A stretch of 64,000 nucleotides of DNA from an uncultured Candidatus Saccharibacteria bacterium (GTDB taxonomy: Bacteria > Patescibacteriota > Minisyncoccia > Minisyncoccales > GWA2-38-27), in contig CAYZKD010000001.1 in NCBI GenBank assembly GCA_964479375.1, positions 7,540-71,539 of the forward strand. Reading direction: 5' to 3'. Of the stretch, positions 28,746-36,601 are shown piece by piece. Both the position numbers and the translations under genes were made by a program. Below the pieces are notes generated by a model. That model did not search any database and was not told the DNA's origin. It saw only the letters and a list, made by a program, of their open reading frames with translations. Position 1 is the stretch's first letter. Each line of letters begins with the position of its first letter.

Positions 28746-29990
28746 ATGAGGCAGTCAAAACTTTTCTTTAAAACTTCAAAAAAGATTTCCGGCAAAGAGA
28801 TGGTTCCTTCCCACAAGTTCCTTTTAAGGGGAGATTTTATCTCCCAACTTTCTGCCGGTGTTTATAGTCTTTTGCCACTGGGACTAAAGGTTCACAGGAG
28901 AGTGGAAAATATAATTAGGGATGAATTGAATAAAATAGGGTCTCAGGAAATTTTCTTACCCGCTCTTCAGCCTAAAAAAATCTGGCTTAAGAGTGGAAGG
29001 TGGGACAGTATGGATCCTCCTTTATTCAGATTGAAGGACAGACACAAAAAGGAGTTTGCCTTGGGTTCTACCCATGAAGAAGTAATTGCTGATTTGGCTA
29101 AAAACAGGGTCCAGTCCTATAAAAACCTCCCCCTCGCCCTTTATCAGATTCAGACAAAGTTTCGCAACGAGATGCGTTTTGCGGGCGGCCTCCTTAGGGC
29201 CCGGGAATTTATCATGAACGATCTTTACAGTTTTCATAAAGACAGAAAGAGTTTGGACAGTTTTTTTCAGAGGGTTCTTTCTGCTTATAACAGTATTTTT
29301 GAGAGATGCGGCGTCCCTGCCCTAAAAAGCGAGGCCTCGGGCGGTGTTTTTACTAAAGAAAATAATTATGAGTTTCAGGTGGTTTCGGGGTCCGGCGAGG
29401 ACAAAATTATTTACTGCCCCGAATGCAAATGGGCTGCAAACTTGGAGGTGGCTAAGGTGAAAAAGGGTCATAAGTGTCCTTATTGCTCCGGTAAACTGAC
29501 AGATGCCAAGTCAATTGAGGTGGCTCACACCTTTAAACTGGGAGATAAGTATTCAAAGCCTTTGGGCGTTTATTTTACAAACAGGCAGGCAGAAAAGAAG
29601 GCAGTATTAATGGGCTGCTATGGCATAGGGGTAGGAAGACTGGTGGCCACCATTGTAGAGCTTAACCATGACAAAAACGGGATTATCTGGCCCAAAGAAG
29701 TAGCTCCCTTTGATATCCACTTGGTCAAGATCGGCGGAACTTCAGTCAAAAATAGGGCAGAAGCCTTTTATAAAGATTTACAAAGAAAGAAAGTAGAAGT
29801 ATTATACGATGACAGAGAAGAGATAGCGGCAGGGGAGAAATTAGTAGAGTCAGATCTAATCGGCATTCCTTTGAGAGTAATAGCAAGCGAAAAAAGCGTT
29901 AAAAAAGGATCTTTTGAGGTTACGAGGAGAGGAGGAAGCACGGAACTGGTTAAATTTAATAAAATCTTAAGTTATATAGAAAAGTGTTAA
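28746..29990 (+). CDS. proS: Prolyl-tRNA synthetase, short form without INS editing domain
   Basis: THEE, QIQTKFRNE.R, GCYGIGVGR, DLIGIP. Confidence 0.95.
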   Translation: MRQSKLFFKTSKKISGKEMVPSHKFLLRGDFISQLSAGVYSLLPLGLKVHRRVENIIRDELNKIGSQEIFLPALQPKKIWLKSGRWDSMDPPLFRLKDRHKKEFALGSTHEEVIADLAKNRVQSYKNLPLALYQIQTKFRNEMRFAGGLLRAREFIMNDLYSFHKDRKSLDSFFQRVLSAYNSIFERCGVPALKSEASGGVFTKENNYEFQVVSGSGEDKIIYCPECKWAANLEVAKVKKGHKCPYCSGKLTDAKSIEVAHTFKLGDKYSKPLGVYFTNRQAEKKAVLMGCYGIGVGRLVATIVELNHDKNGIIWPKEVAPFDIHLVKIGGTSVKNRAEAFYKDLQRKKVEVLYDDREEIAAGEKLVESDLIGIPLRVIASEKSVKKGSFEVTRRGGSTELVKFNKILSYIEKC

Positions 29991-31036
29991 ACAAACTTTT
30001 ATCCCATCTTTCATACGATATAGCCATTGACTTGGGGACTGCCACTTCCTTGGTTTATATCGAAGGAAAGGGGATTGTTATTAACGAGCCCTCGGTGGTC
30101 GCTATTAACCAGAAAACGGGGCAGGTTTTGGCAATTGGAGAGGAGGCAAGAAGAATGGTGGGCAGAACTCCCGCCCATATCACAGCCACTAGGCCCTTGG
30201 TGGACGGCGTAGTTTCTAATTTTGAAGTAACAGAACAGATGCTCAAGTACTTTATTGATAAGGTTCACAGAAGAAAGTTTCTGTTCGGCCCAGGGCCTCG
30301 GGTTATTGTAGGTATTCCTTACGGGGTTACCGAAGTTGAAAAAAAAGCGGTACGCGATGCTACCAAAAATGCGGGAGCCAGAGAAGTCTTCTTAATAGAG
30401 GAGCCAATGGCAGCAGCCATAGGAGCAAGAATGCCGGTGCAGGAAGCCAGCGGGAATTTTATCGTGGATATTGGAGGAGGCACTACAGAGGTGGCGGTTA
30501 TTTCTCTGGGTGGCGTTGTTATAGCAAAAAGTTTGAGGGTGGCGGGAGACCGTCTTAACGAGGATATTGTCACCTTTGCCCAGGAAGAGTATAAACTTCT
30601 TATTGGGTTAAGGGTGGCAGAAAAGATAAAAATTGGCATAGGATCTGCCTATCCTCAGAAGGAAAAAAAAGAACTTCCTATGAGAGGAAGGAATATTATT
30701 ACCGGTCTGCCGGAGGAGGTCTGGATTTCTAGCACAGATGTTAGAAAATCACTTGAGAAGTCAATCAAACAGATTGTTTCTGCCATAAAAGATACGGTTG
30801 AAGAAACGCCTCCGGAACTTCTGGCCGATATTATGTCCCGGGGCATTTATTTGGCAGGAGGAGGAAGCCTGTTAAGGGGATTGGACATTTTAATCCAGGA
30901 AGAAACCAAAATGCCTGTCAAACTCATTGAAGATCCCATGACAGCGGTAGTTAGGGGATCAGGCATGGTCTTAGAGGGCCTTGATAATCTAAAAGACGTT
31001 TTATCGGAAACAGAACAATTAGAACCCCCTCGTTGA
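29984..31036 (+). CDS. mreB: Rod shape-determining protein MreB, paralog 2
   Basis: AIDLGTA, EPSVVA, DIGGGTT, GGGSLLRG. Confidence 0.95.
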   Translation: MLNKLLSHLSYDIAIDLGTATSLVYIEGKGIVINEPSVVAINQKTGQVLAIGEEARRMVGRTPAHITATRPLVDGVVSNFEVTEQMLKYFIDKVHRRKFLFGPGPRVIVGIPYGVTEVEKKAVRDATKNAGAREVFLIEEPMAAAIGARMPVQEASGNFIVDIGGGTTEVAVISLGGVVIAKSLRVAGDRLNEDIVTFAQEEYKLLIGLRVAEKIKIGIGSAYPQKEKKELPMRGRNIITGLPEEVWISSTDVRKSLEKSIKQIVSAIKDTVEETPPELLADIMSRGIYLAGGGSLLRGLDILIQEETKMPVKLIEDPMTAVVRGSGMVLEGLDNLKDVLSETEQLEPPR

Positions 31037-31157
31037 TAAGAACCTGAGCTTCGCTCAGAACCTTGTTTCGCCAAGGAATAATTATATAGTCTTGAAGTAA
31101 GAACCTGAGCTTCGCTCAGAACCTTGATTCGCTAAGGTAAAGCACATAGTCTTGAAA
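31037..31157. repeat. Two-unit ~61-bp tandem repeat with REP-like hairpins
   Basis: TAAGAACCTGAGCTTCGCTCAGAACCTTG...ATAGTCTTGAA at 31037 and 31098; CTGAGC-ttc-GCTCAG palindrome in both units. Confidence 0.9.
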
Positions 31158-31158
31158 T

Positions 31159-31473
31159 ATGGTTGATAAAAAAGACGTTAATCACATAGCAAAACTAGCC
31201 AGGCTAAAGATTACAGAAGAAGAGGCAGGAGAATACCAAGAGGAATTTACCTCTATCTTGGACTATTTTGAGTTGTTAAAAGAACTGGATGTATCAAAAG
31301 TGGATCCTACTTTTCATCCAGCAGAGCTCTTTTTCAAAGAGAAAATAGGAGAGGCGAGAGAAGATAGAGAGGCGTCGGCAGAGGAGGGGGTCAAAGAATC
31401 ACTTAGGGAGGCGTTTCCCGAAAAGAAAGGGAAATATACAAAAGTTAAAACAGTTTTTGATGATGAAAGTTGA
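31159..31473 (+). CDS. gatC: Asp/Glu-tRNA amidotransferase subunit C
   Basis: V.HIAKLARL, ILDYFELL.ELDVS.V.PT; upstream of gatA. Confidence 0.92.
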   Translation: MVDKKDVNHIAKLARLKITEEEAGEYQEEFTSILDYFELLKELDVSKVDPTFHPAELFFKEKIGEAREDREASAEEGVKESLREAFPEKKGKYTKVKTVFDDES

Positions 31474-32878
31474 GCAACTGACCATAAGAGAGATAAGCCG
31501 TGGCTTGAAGAATAAGAATTTTTCTGCTGTTGACTTGACTAAAGAATATTTTTCTAAGATAAAAAAAGAAGACAATCAGATATCATCTTTTCTGACTCTC
31601 ACTGAAGACCTCGCCGAAGAACAGGCCAAAAAAATAGACGAAAGAATATCTTTTGGCAAAGACATTCCTTCTCTAGCAGGGGTTCCCTTGGCCGTAAAGG
31701 ACAATATTTTAGTAAAGGGGGCCAGAACAACCTGTGCTTCCAAGATGTTGGAAAAGTATAATCCTCCATATAATGCTACCTGTATTGATAAATTAAGAAA
31801 AAGTGGCGCTGTTTTTTTGGGTAAAACTAACCTGGACGAGTTTGCAATGGGGGGGTCTACTGAAAATTCCGCTTTTTTCTCTACCAAAAATCCTTACGAC
31901 TTAGAAAGGGTGCCCGGAGGCACTTCTGGGGGATCCGCCGCTGCAGTAGCCGCTGGGTTCTGTCCCTGCGCCTTAGGCTCTGACACAGGAGGCTCCATCA
32001 GGCAGCCTGCTTCTTTCTGCGGGGTAGTGGGCTTAAAGCCCACCTACGGATCAGTCTCCAGGTACGGATTGATTGCTTACGGCTCTTCTTTTGATCAGAT
32101 AGGGCCTATTGCCAAGAACGCTGAAGACGCGGAAATAATCTTTGAAGAGATTTCGGGAAAAGACGACAGGGACTCTACTAGCGTTGTTAGGCCTCCAGCC
32201 GGGCCCCTAAAGGCTATTAATAAAATTCGTATTGGCGTGCCTAACGAATACTTTCAGGAAGGGCTTGGGCCTGAAGTCAAGCAGATAGTGGAGAATAAAA
32301 TAAAAGAGTTTGAAGATCTGGGCGCTGAGGTAGAAAAAATTAATCTGCCTCATACTAAGTACGCAGTACCTGCTTATTATCTGATTGTAGATTCTGAGGC
32401 TTCTACCAACCTGGCCAGGTACGATGGGATAAAATACGGACTTTCCAATAAGAAAGGGGATACGCTAAAAGAGGTTTATTCCGAAACTAGGGGAGAAGGG
32501 TTTGGAAATGAAGTCAAAAGAAGGATTATGCTGGGAACTTACGCTCTCTCTGCCGGGTATTACGAGGCCTACTACCTGAAGGCTCAAAAGACAAGAACTC
32601 TTATCGCTCAGGATTTTTACAAAGCGTTTGATAAAGTAGACGTTATAATGACTCCGGTAGCCCCGACCCCTCCTTTTAAATTGGGAGAGAAAATAGCAGA
32701 TCCTCTGGCGATGTATCTTTGTGATGTCTTTACTGCACCCGTTAATTTGGCGGGTCTGCCCGCTCTTTCCCTTCCTGCTGGATTTTCCGGGAAACTGCCC
32801 GTGGGCCTCCAGATTATTGGCAAACCCTTTGAAGAGACAACAATTTTTAATATTGCCAAACAGGCCGAGAATCAATGA
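31457..32878 (+). CDS. gatA: Asp/Glu-tRNA amidotransferase subunit A
   Basis: Amidase signature GGTSGGSAAAV, GSDTGGSIRQP, RRIMLGTY. Confidence 0.97.
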   Translation: MMMKVEQLTIREISRGLKNKNFSAVDLTKEYFSKIKKEDNQISSFLTLTEDLAEEQAKKIDERISFGKDIPSLAGVPLAVKDNILVKGARTTCASKMLEKYNPPYNATCIDKLRKSGAVFLGKTNLDEFAMGGSTENSAFFSTKNPYDLERVPGGTSGGSAAAVAAGFCPCALGSDTGGSIRQPASFCGVVGLKPTYGSVSRYGLIAYGSSFDQIGPIAKNAEDAEIIFEEISGKDDRDSTSVVRPPAGPLKAINKIRIGVPNEYFQEGLGPEVKQIVENKIKEFEDLGAEVEKINLPHTKYAVPAYYLIVDSEASTNLARYDGIKYGLSNKKGDTLKEVYSETRGEGFGNEVKRRIMLGTYALSAGYYEAYYLKAQKTRTLIAQDFYKAFDKVDVIMTPVAPTPPFKLGEKIADPLAMYLCDVFTAPVNLAGLPALSLPAGFSGKLPVGLQIIGKPFEETTIFNIAKQAENQ

Positions 32879-33432
32879 TGGATTTTATTGATATAATCGC
32901 ATCCTTTTTTTTCAATATATTTTCTCAGAGAACGCTTAGCTTTGTGCTGAATCCCGAGTTTGGGGGATGGCTCTTGGTTATTAGGAATGCTTTTCTCTTT
33001 GTTTCAGGAATACTTATTTTGCTTTCCTTGTTTCTTCTGGGTGCTTCTGGCTGGTTGAGGAAACGGTACACAGAGGATTTATATGAGGCGACCGCCTACA
33101 AGCCCTATGGCGCCAAAAAGTTCGAGAAAGAATGGAAAAGGATATCTGCAAGACTAGATAGCGGAGAAGGGGCGGGTTACAAGTTGGCCGTTATCGAAGC
33201 GGATGATTTATTAGAAGAAAGATTGAGAAGCATGGGGTACAAAGGGGGAAAGATGCAGGATCTTTTAGAACAGGTTCCAGAGACTATTGTCCCCAATGTT
33301 GAGGAGGTAAGCCGGGTGCACGAATTGCGCAACAATATAGTGCATGACCCCGACTACAGACTGGAGTTAGAAGAAGCAAATAAGGCAGTGGCGGTTTTCG
33401 AAAGGGCGTTACAAGAGTTGGGAGCGATATAA
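32875..33432 (+). CDS. Hypothetical membrane protein
   Basis: N-terminal TM; KLAVIEAD...LRNNIVHDPD helical domain; coupled to gatA. Confidence 0.7.
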   Translation: MMDFIDIIASFFFNIFSQRTLSFVLNPEFGGWLLVIRNAFLFVSGILILLSLFLLGASGWLRKRYTEDLYEATAYKPYGAKKFEKEWKRISARLDSGEGAGYKLAVIEADDLLEERLRSMGYKGGKMQDLLEQVPETIVPNVEEVSRVHELRNNIVHDPDYRLELEEANKAVAVFERALQELGAI

Positions 33433-33436
33433 ATTC

Positions 33437-33465
33437 TTGATTTCCTTTCCAATTTAGTATATAAT
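33437..33465 (+). promoter_or_regulatory. Sigma70-type promoter of the tRNA cluster
   Basis: TTGATT-N17-TATAAT, 12 nt before the tRNA. Confidence 0.75.
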
Positions 33466-33477
33466 TCCAATTGACAT

Positions 33478-33790
33478 CGCGGGGTGGAGAAGTAGTATCT
33501 CACGAGGCCCATGCATTAGTGTGGCCAAAGACGGAAACGCCTTTGGAAAAACTCCTGAAATTGCTGGAAAACCATAAGAGTTTCTCTTGCTACAACGCAA
33601 TCTGTAAAGATAGGCGTGAATGTTTAAAAAAAGAGGAAATTTGGCAACCAGCAGCCAAGCCTCCTGATCGGAGGAAGGTTCAGAGACTATAATAGGAGCT
33701 CCCCTTTGGGGAGATGGGATAGTCCATTCCATTTGGAAACAGATGGTATTTAAGAACCTCGAGACGCGGGTGCAATTCCCGCCCCCGCAA
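33478..33790 (+). tRNA. tRNA-fMet(CAT) split by a group I intron; exons 33478-33512 and 33755-33790
   Basis: Spliced cloverleaf CGCGGGG/CCCCGCA with C1:A72 mismatch; anticodon arm CGAGG-CCCAT|AA-CCTCG; T arm GCGGG/CCCGC. Confidence 0.92.
33513..33754 (+). ncRNA. Group I self-splicing intron, 242 nt, no ORF, at tRNA position 36/37
   Basis: Follows U and ends in G; P AAATTGCTGGAAA, Q AACCAGCAG, R GTTCAGAGACTA, S GGGATAGTCC; IGS GTGTGGCC pairs with exon GGCCCAT. Confidence 0.9.
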
Positions 33791-33987
33791 CATTTTTATC
33801 TGCGACTACAAGGAATTCGAAATAACAATTCACCAAAACATTTTGGTAAAATTAAAAATAAAAAGAACCGTAACCATTTCTCGGTTTATCACATAGGAAA
33901 ACACTTATTACAAAAATTAGGAAGTCAGCATTTTTATTATGAAACCAAAGGGCTGATTGGGCAATCGGGGAGAGCAGGGAGGTCCCG

Positions 33988-34058
33988 GCCGGGGAGTAGA
34001 ATGGCATCTAAGGCCGTCTCATAAGCGGTTAACGTGGGTTCGATTCCCGCCCCCGGCA
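33988..34058 (+). tRNA. tRNA with CAT anticodon (elongator Met or Ile2)
   Basis: GCCGGGG/CCCCGGC acceptor, CTCATAA loop, GGTTCGATTCC T arm. Confidence 0.85.
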
Positions 34059-34064
34059 TATAAT

Positions 34065-34139
34065 GCGGACGTAGCTTAGCTGGCTTAAAGCGCCGCCCTG
34101 TCACGGCGGAGATCGTGGGTTCAAATCCCATCGTCCGCG
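34065..34139 (+). tRNA. tRNA-Asp(GTC)
   Basis: GCGGACG/CGTCCGC, G73, CCGCC-CTGTCAC-GGCGG, GGTTCAAATCC. Confidence 0.96.
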
Positions 34140-34166
34140 CAATAATCTGACTTTCTGGAAGTTTTT

Positions 34167-34320
34167 CTAAATTTTCGGCGGCGGGGCAAAGCGCCGCCCA
34201 ATGTGTTTTGAGGGAGAAATTCGTCTCGTTCGGCGTGCCTTGCGGTTTGCCAAAATGAGGTTCAACCCGAAAATTTTCTTGGCAGTAGCCTTTTTATCTA
34301 AAAGGCTGCTCGCGGGCGAA
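34167..34320 (-). pseudogene. Probable C-terminal remnant of a large serine recombinase beside tRNA-Asp
   Basis: SLLDKKATAKKIFGLNLILANRKAR resembles, from memory, the tails of CPR tRNA-associated recombinases; points toward the tRNA 3' end. Confidence 0.4.
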
Positions 34321-34346
34321 GATCCTTCCTTCAAATCTCCTTCATT

Positions 34347-34378
34347 AATGTAGGAGGCCCGTCCTCCCACATTTATTT
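34347..34378. repeat. 32-bp palindromic repeat, copy 1
   Basis: AATGTAGGAGG-CCCGT-CCTCCCACATTTATTT; 31/32 identical to 35391-35422. Confidence 0.9.
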
Positions 34379-34443
34379 TGGAAGCCTTGTTTTTTTGTTT
34401 TTATGTCCTATTATAAGAAAATAGAAGTTAATATCACGAGCCT

Positions 34444-35190
34444 ATGTTTAAATATCTAAATCGTAGCATATCCATGCCAATAGCAATAGGAATTATTGTT
34501 ATTTTAATAATTTTAGTTGGAGGAGGGACATTTATTTACCAGTATTATTGGCCCAAAACAGAACCGCAACCAATATCTTTTTCAAACGATTGTAATGAAT
34601 TAATAAGACAAGTAAGCAATTTAGTTGAAGAAGCAAATTATTGTAATGCGGATTCCGATTGTACGATATCAACCGAAACTACAAAATTCTGCGGTTGTTG
34701 GAGTTTAATTAACAAAAATGCCGATTTGTCAAAAATAAAAGAGGGAAATGAGAAATATAATAAATTAAATTGCCCGATACTTATGTGCGCTGAGTGTATG
34801 CTAACCCCGCAGCAAGAGGATATAGAATGTGTAAATCATAAGTGCGTTGTATCTTCTTCTGGCATCGTTAAGTTGGGGGATATAGTTTCAAACCCGTCCC
34901 AATATAGTAATAAAACTGTAATCGTTGAAGGAAAATACGGGGGCTGGAAACCCACAGCCGATATTCCCTGCAATGAGGCGAATATAGCAATTCTAACAAA
35001 AAGCGATACGCTAATTTATGATGGCACCGATTGTTTGTTTATGTCAGCCATCGGGGGGGTTAATATTTTATCCGAACCGAAAAATCTAAACCCAGTAGAA
35101 AACTCCATAAATATTGGCCAAGATATTAAGGTAGAAGCAGTAGTTAACTTGATCAACGGAAAACCAATCCTAGGGCTGATAAACCAATAA
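34444..35190 (+). CDS. Membrane-anchored Cys-rich surface protein, possible C-terminal OB-fold
   Basis: N-terminal TM; YCNADSDC...CGC...CVNHKC; NPSQYSNKTVIVEG; AT-richer than neighbours. Confidence 0.75.
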   Translation: MFKYLNRSISMPIAIGIIVILIILVGGGTFIYQYYWPKTEPQPISFSNDCNELIRQVSNLVEEANYCNADSDCTISTETTKFCGCWSLINKNADLSKIKEGNEKYNKLNCPILMCAECMLTPQQEDIECVNHKCVVSSSGIVKLGDIVSNPSQYSNKTVIVEGKYGGWKPTADIPCNEANIAILTKSDTLIYDGTDCLFMSAIGGVNILSEPKNLNPVENSINIGQDIKVEAVVNLINGKPILGLINQ

Positions 35191-35390
35191 ACGACTCTAA
35201 TAATAAAGCCGAATAAAAAAGAAAATCAAATGTTTCGAAAATAAAATTTTTTAGCGGCGGGGCGGGACACCTAAAATTTTATGTTGGGGTTTTCTATAAA
35301 AAAGGTTCTAACTTGGCCGTAAAGACGCGCAGAGTTTTAATATTAGAATCCAGATTCCATTGTGCCGGTTCATATGGCATTATCCAAAAA

Positions 35391-35422
35391 AATGTGGGAG
35401 GCCCGTCCTCCCACATTTATTT
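35391..35422. repeat. 32-bp palindromic repeat, copy 2
   Basis: AATGTGGGAGG-CCCGT-CCTCCCACATT perfect 11-bp hairpin. Confidence 0.9.
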
Positions 35423-35455
35423 GTGGAGGTTCGTCCTCCGCGGAAATTTTTGGTA

Positions 35456-35492
35456 TAAAAAAATCCCTCGGTGTTGTTTGCCCGAGGGATTT
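35456..35492 (-). terminator. Intrinsic terminator-like hairpin
   Basis: AAATCCCTCGG/CCGAGGGATTT stem followed by a T-run on the minus strand. Confidence 0.65.
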
Positions 35493-35665
35493 AGCGTTGG
35501 TCACGGAGGATGCATGATTGTCCTTTCTTGAGTTGGACGCTCTCACAGAGAAGTGGAGGTGTCGAGGTCGCCGGCGGTCACAAGATCTTGCGGTGACTGA
35601 GCTGGCACTGACGCACAATCATAGGATTCTCCTTAAAAAGGGTTCTCGTGGAACTAACGCAAGGT
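35492..35665. ncRNA. Candidate ~175-nt rod-shaped structured RNA, 6S-like; strand unresolved
   Basis: Nested stems GCGTTGGT/ACTAACGC, GGAGGAT/ATTCTCC, ATGATTGT/ACAATCAT, GTGTC/GACGC, GCCGGC/GCTGGC, GGTCAC/GTGACT. Confidence 0.55.
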
Positions 35666-35674
35666 ACTGAGAAT

Positions 35675-35745
35675 ATATTATCATATGTATTCATTTTTGT
35701 CAATACCGAAGTTGTTGACAGATAAATGATTTGAGGGTACAAAGA
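35675..35745. promoter_or_regulatory. Divergent sigma70-like promoters
   Basis: Minus strand TTGACA(35703-35698)-N17-TAATAT; plus strand TTGACA(35715)-N17-TACAAA. Confidence 0.55.
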
Positions 35746-35782
35746 AGGGGCAGGCTCTTTAACAATAAGGAAAGGATAACAA

Positions 35783-36502
35783 ATGGTACCGGCAGACAAA
35801 GAGGCGTTACTTAACGCTGATCCGATTGAATTTGAAGACATGGATCTTTCTTCGGCGATGGTTCTTCAATGGTTCAGCATTTTGGATGCCGGCTGGATCC
35901 ACGACAATAATCCCAAGCATCCTCACGCCAAGTTGACATCCGGCAAGTGTAGCAATGGATTCTTCGACTGCCTCCGGGTCCTTCGTCATCCTAACCTTAA
36001 CGAAATTTTGGCTAAGCAGCTCGCAGCCAAATTAAAAGATCAAGGGATTTCTGAAAGGGATGTTGATTGGGTCGTCGGATCTCCTTATGCCGGCATAACC
36101 TTTTCCTACGAGGTAGCCAAAGATCTCTGCGCTGTTCATGGCTTTGCGGAGAAACAGCTTTCTTCTGGGGGGAGGAAGATGGTCTGGCCCAGAAGCAGTA
36201 TGGCTATTCCTTCTGGCGCTCGTGTTCTTCAGGTTGAAGAACTGATTACAACAAGCAAGACCTTTCAAAAGGTAAGGAAGGCCATAGAAGAAGGAAATCA
36301 GGAGTCGGTTGAGTTCCTTCCTGTTGTGGGTACTCTTATTCACCGGCCCTCTCGCTTGCCGGCTGAATATGACGGCAGAAGGGTTGTCGCCGTGGTCGAA
36401 AAGGAAGTCTGGGCCGCAGATCCCGGGAACTGTCCTCTTTGCCGTCAAGGCTCTGAGAGACTGGAGCCCAAAGTTGACTGGAAGAAACTGACCAAACCAT
36501 AA
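35783..36502 (+). CDS. Type I phosphoribosyltransferase, orotate PRTase-like
   Basis: HAKLTSGKCS.GFFD; PRPP loop variant VLQVEELITTSKT; C-terminal CPLC. Confidence 0.75.
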   Translation: MVPADKEALLNADPIEFEDMDLSSAMVLQWFSILDAGWIHDNNPKHPHAKLTSGKCSNGFFDCLRVLRHPNLNEILAKQLAAKLKDQGISERDVDWVVGSPYAGITFSYEVAKDLCAVHGFAEKQLSSGGRKMVWPRSSMAIPSGARVLQVEELITTSKTFQKVRKAIEEGNQESVEFLPVVGTLIHRPSRLPAEYDGRRVVAVVEKEVWAADPGNCPLCRQGSERLEPKVDWKKLTKP

Positions 36503-36510
36503 ACACACAT

Positions 36511-36543
36511 AAGCCACTGGTTAAAACCGGTGGTTTTTTATTT
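36511..36543 (+). terminator. Intrinsic terminator
   Basis: AAGCCACTGGT/ACCGGTGGTTT stem plus T-run. Confidence 0.75.
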
Positions 36544-36601
36544 ATTTTTCCCCAATTTCTGCCTTGATTTGAAGGGATTTTTAAGGTAAAATAAGTATAA
36601 T

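Noticed and set aside
31037-31157. Possible mini CRISPR array
   Set aside because: Only two units, the 'spacers' are largely alike, and no cas operon is present.
33791-33950. Possible LAGLIDADG gene fragment between tRNAs (FGKIKNKK...VYHIGKHLLQKL)
   Set aside because: The resemblance is vague, with no signature motif or start codon; it needs a profile search.
33454-34131. ORFs 33454-33732, 33471-33692, 33743-34024 and 33937-34131
   Set aside because: They overlap the tRNA genes and the intron; the intron is too short for a homing endonuclease.
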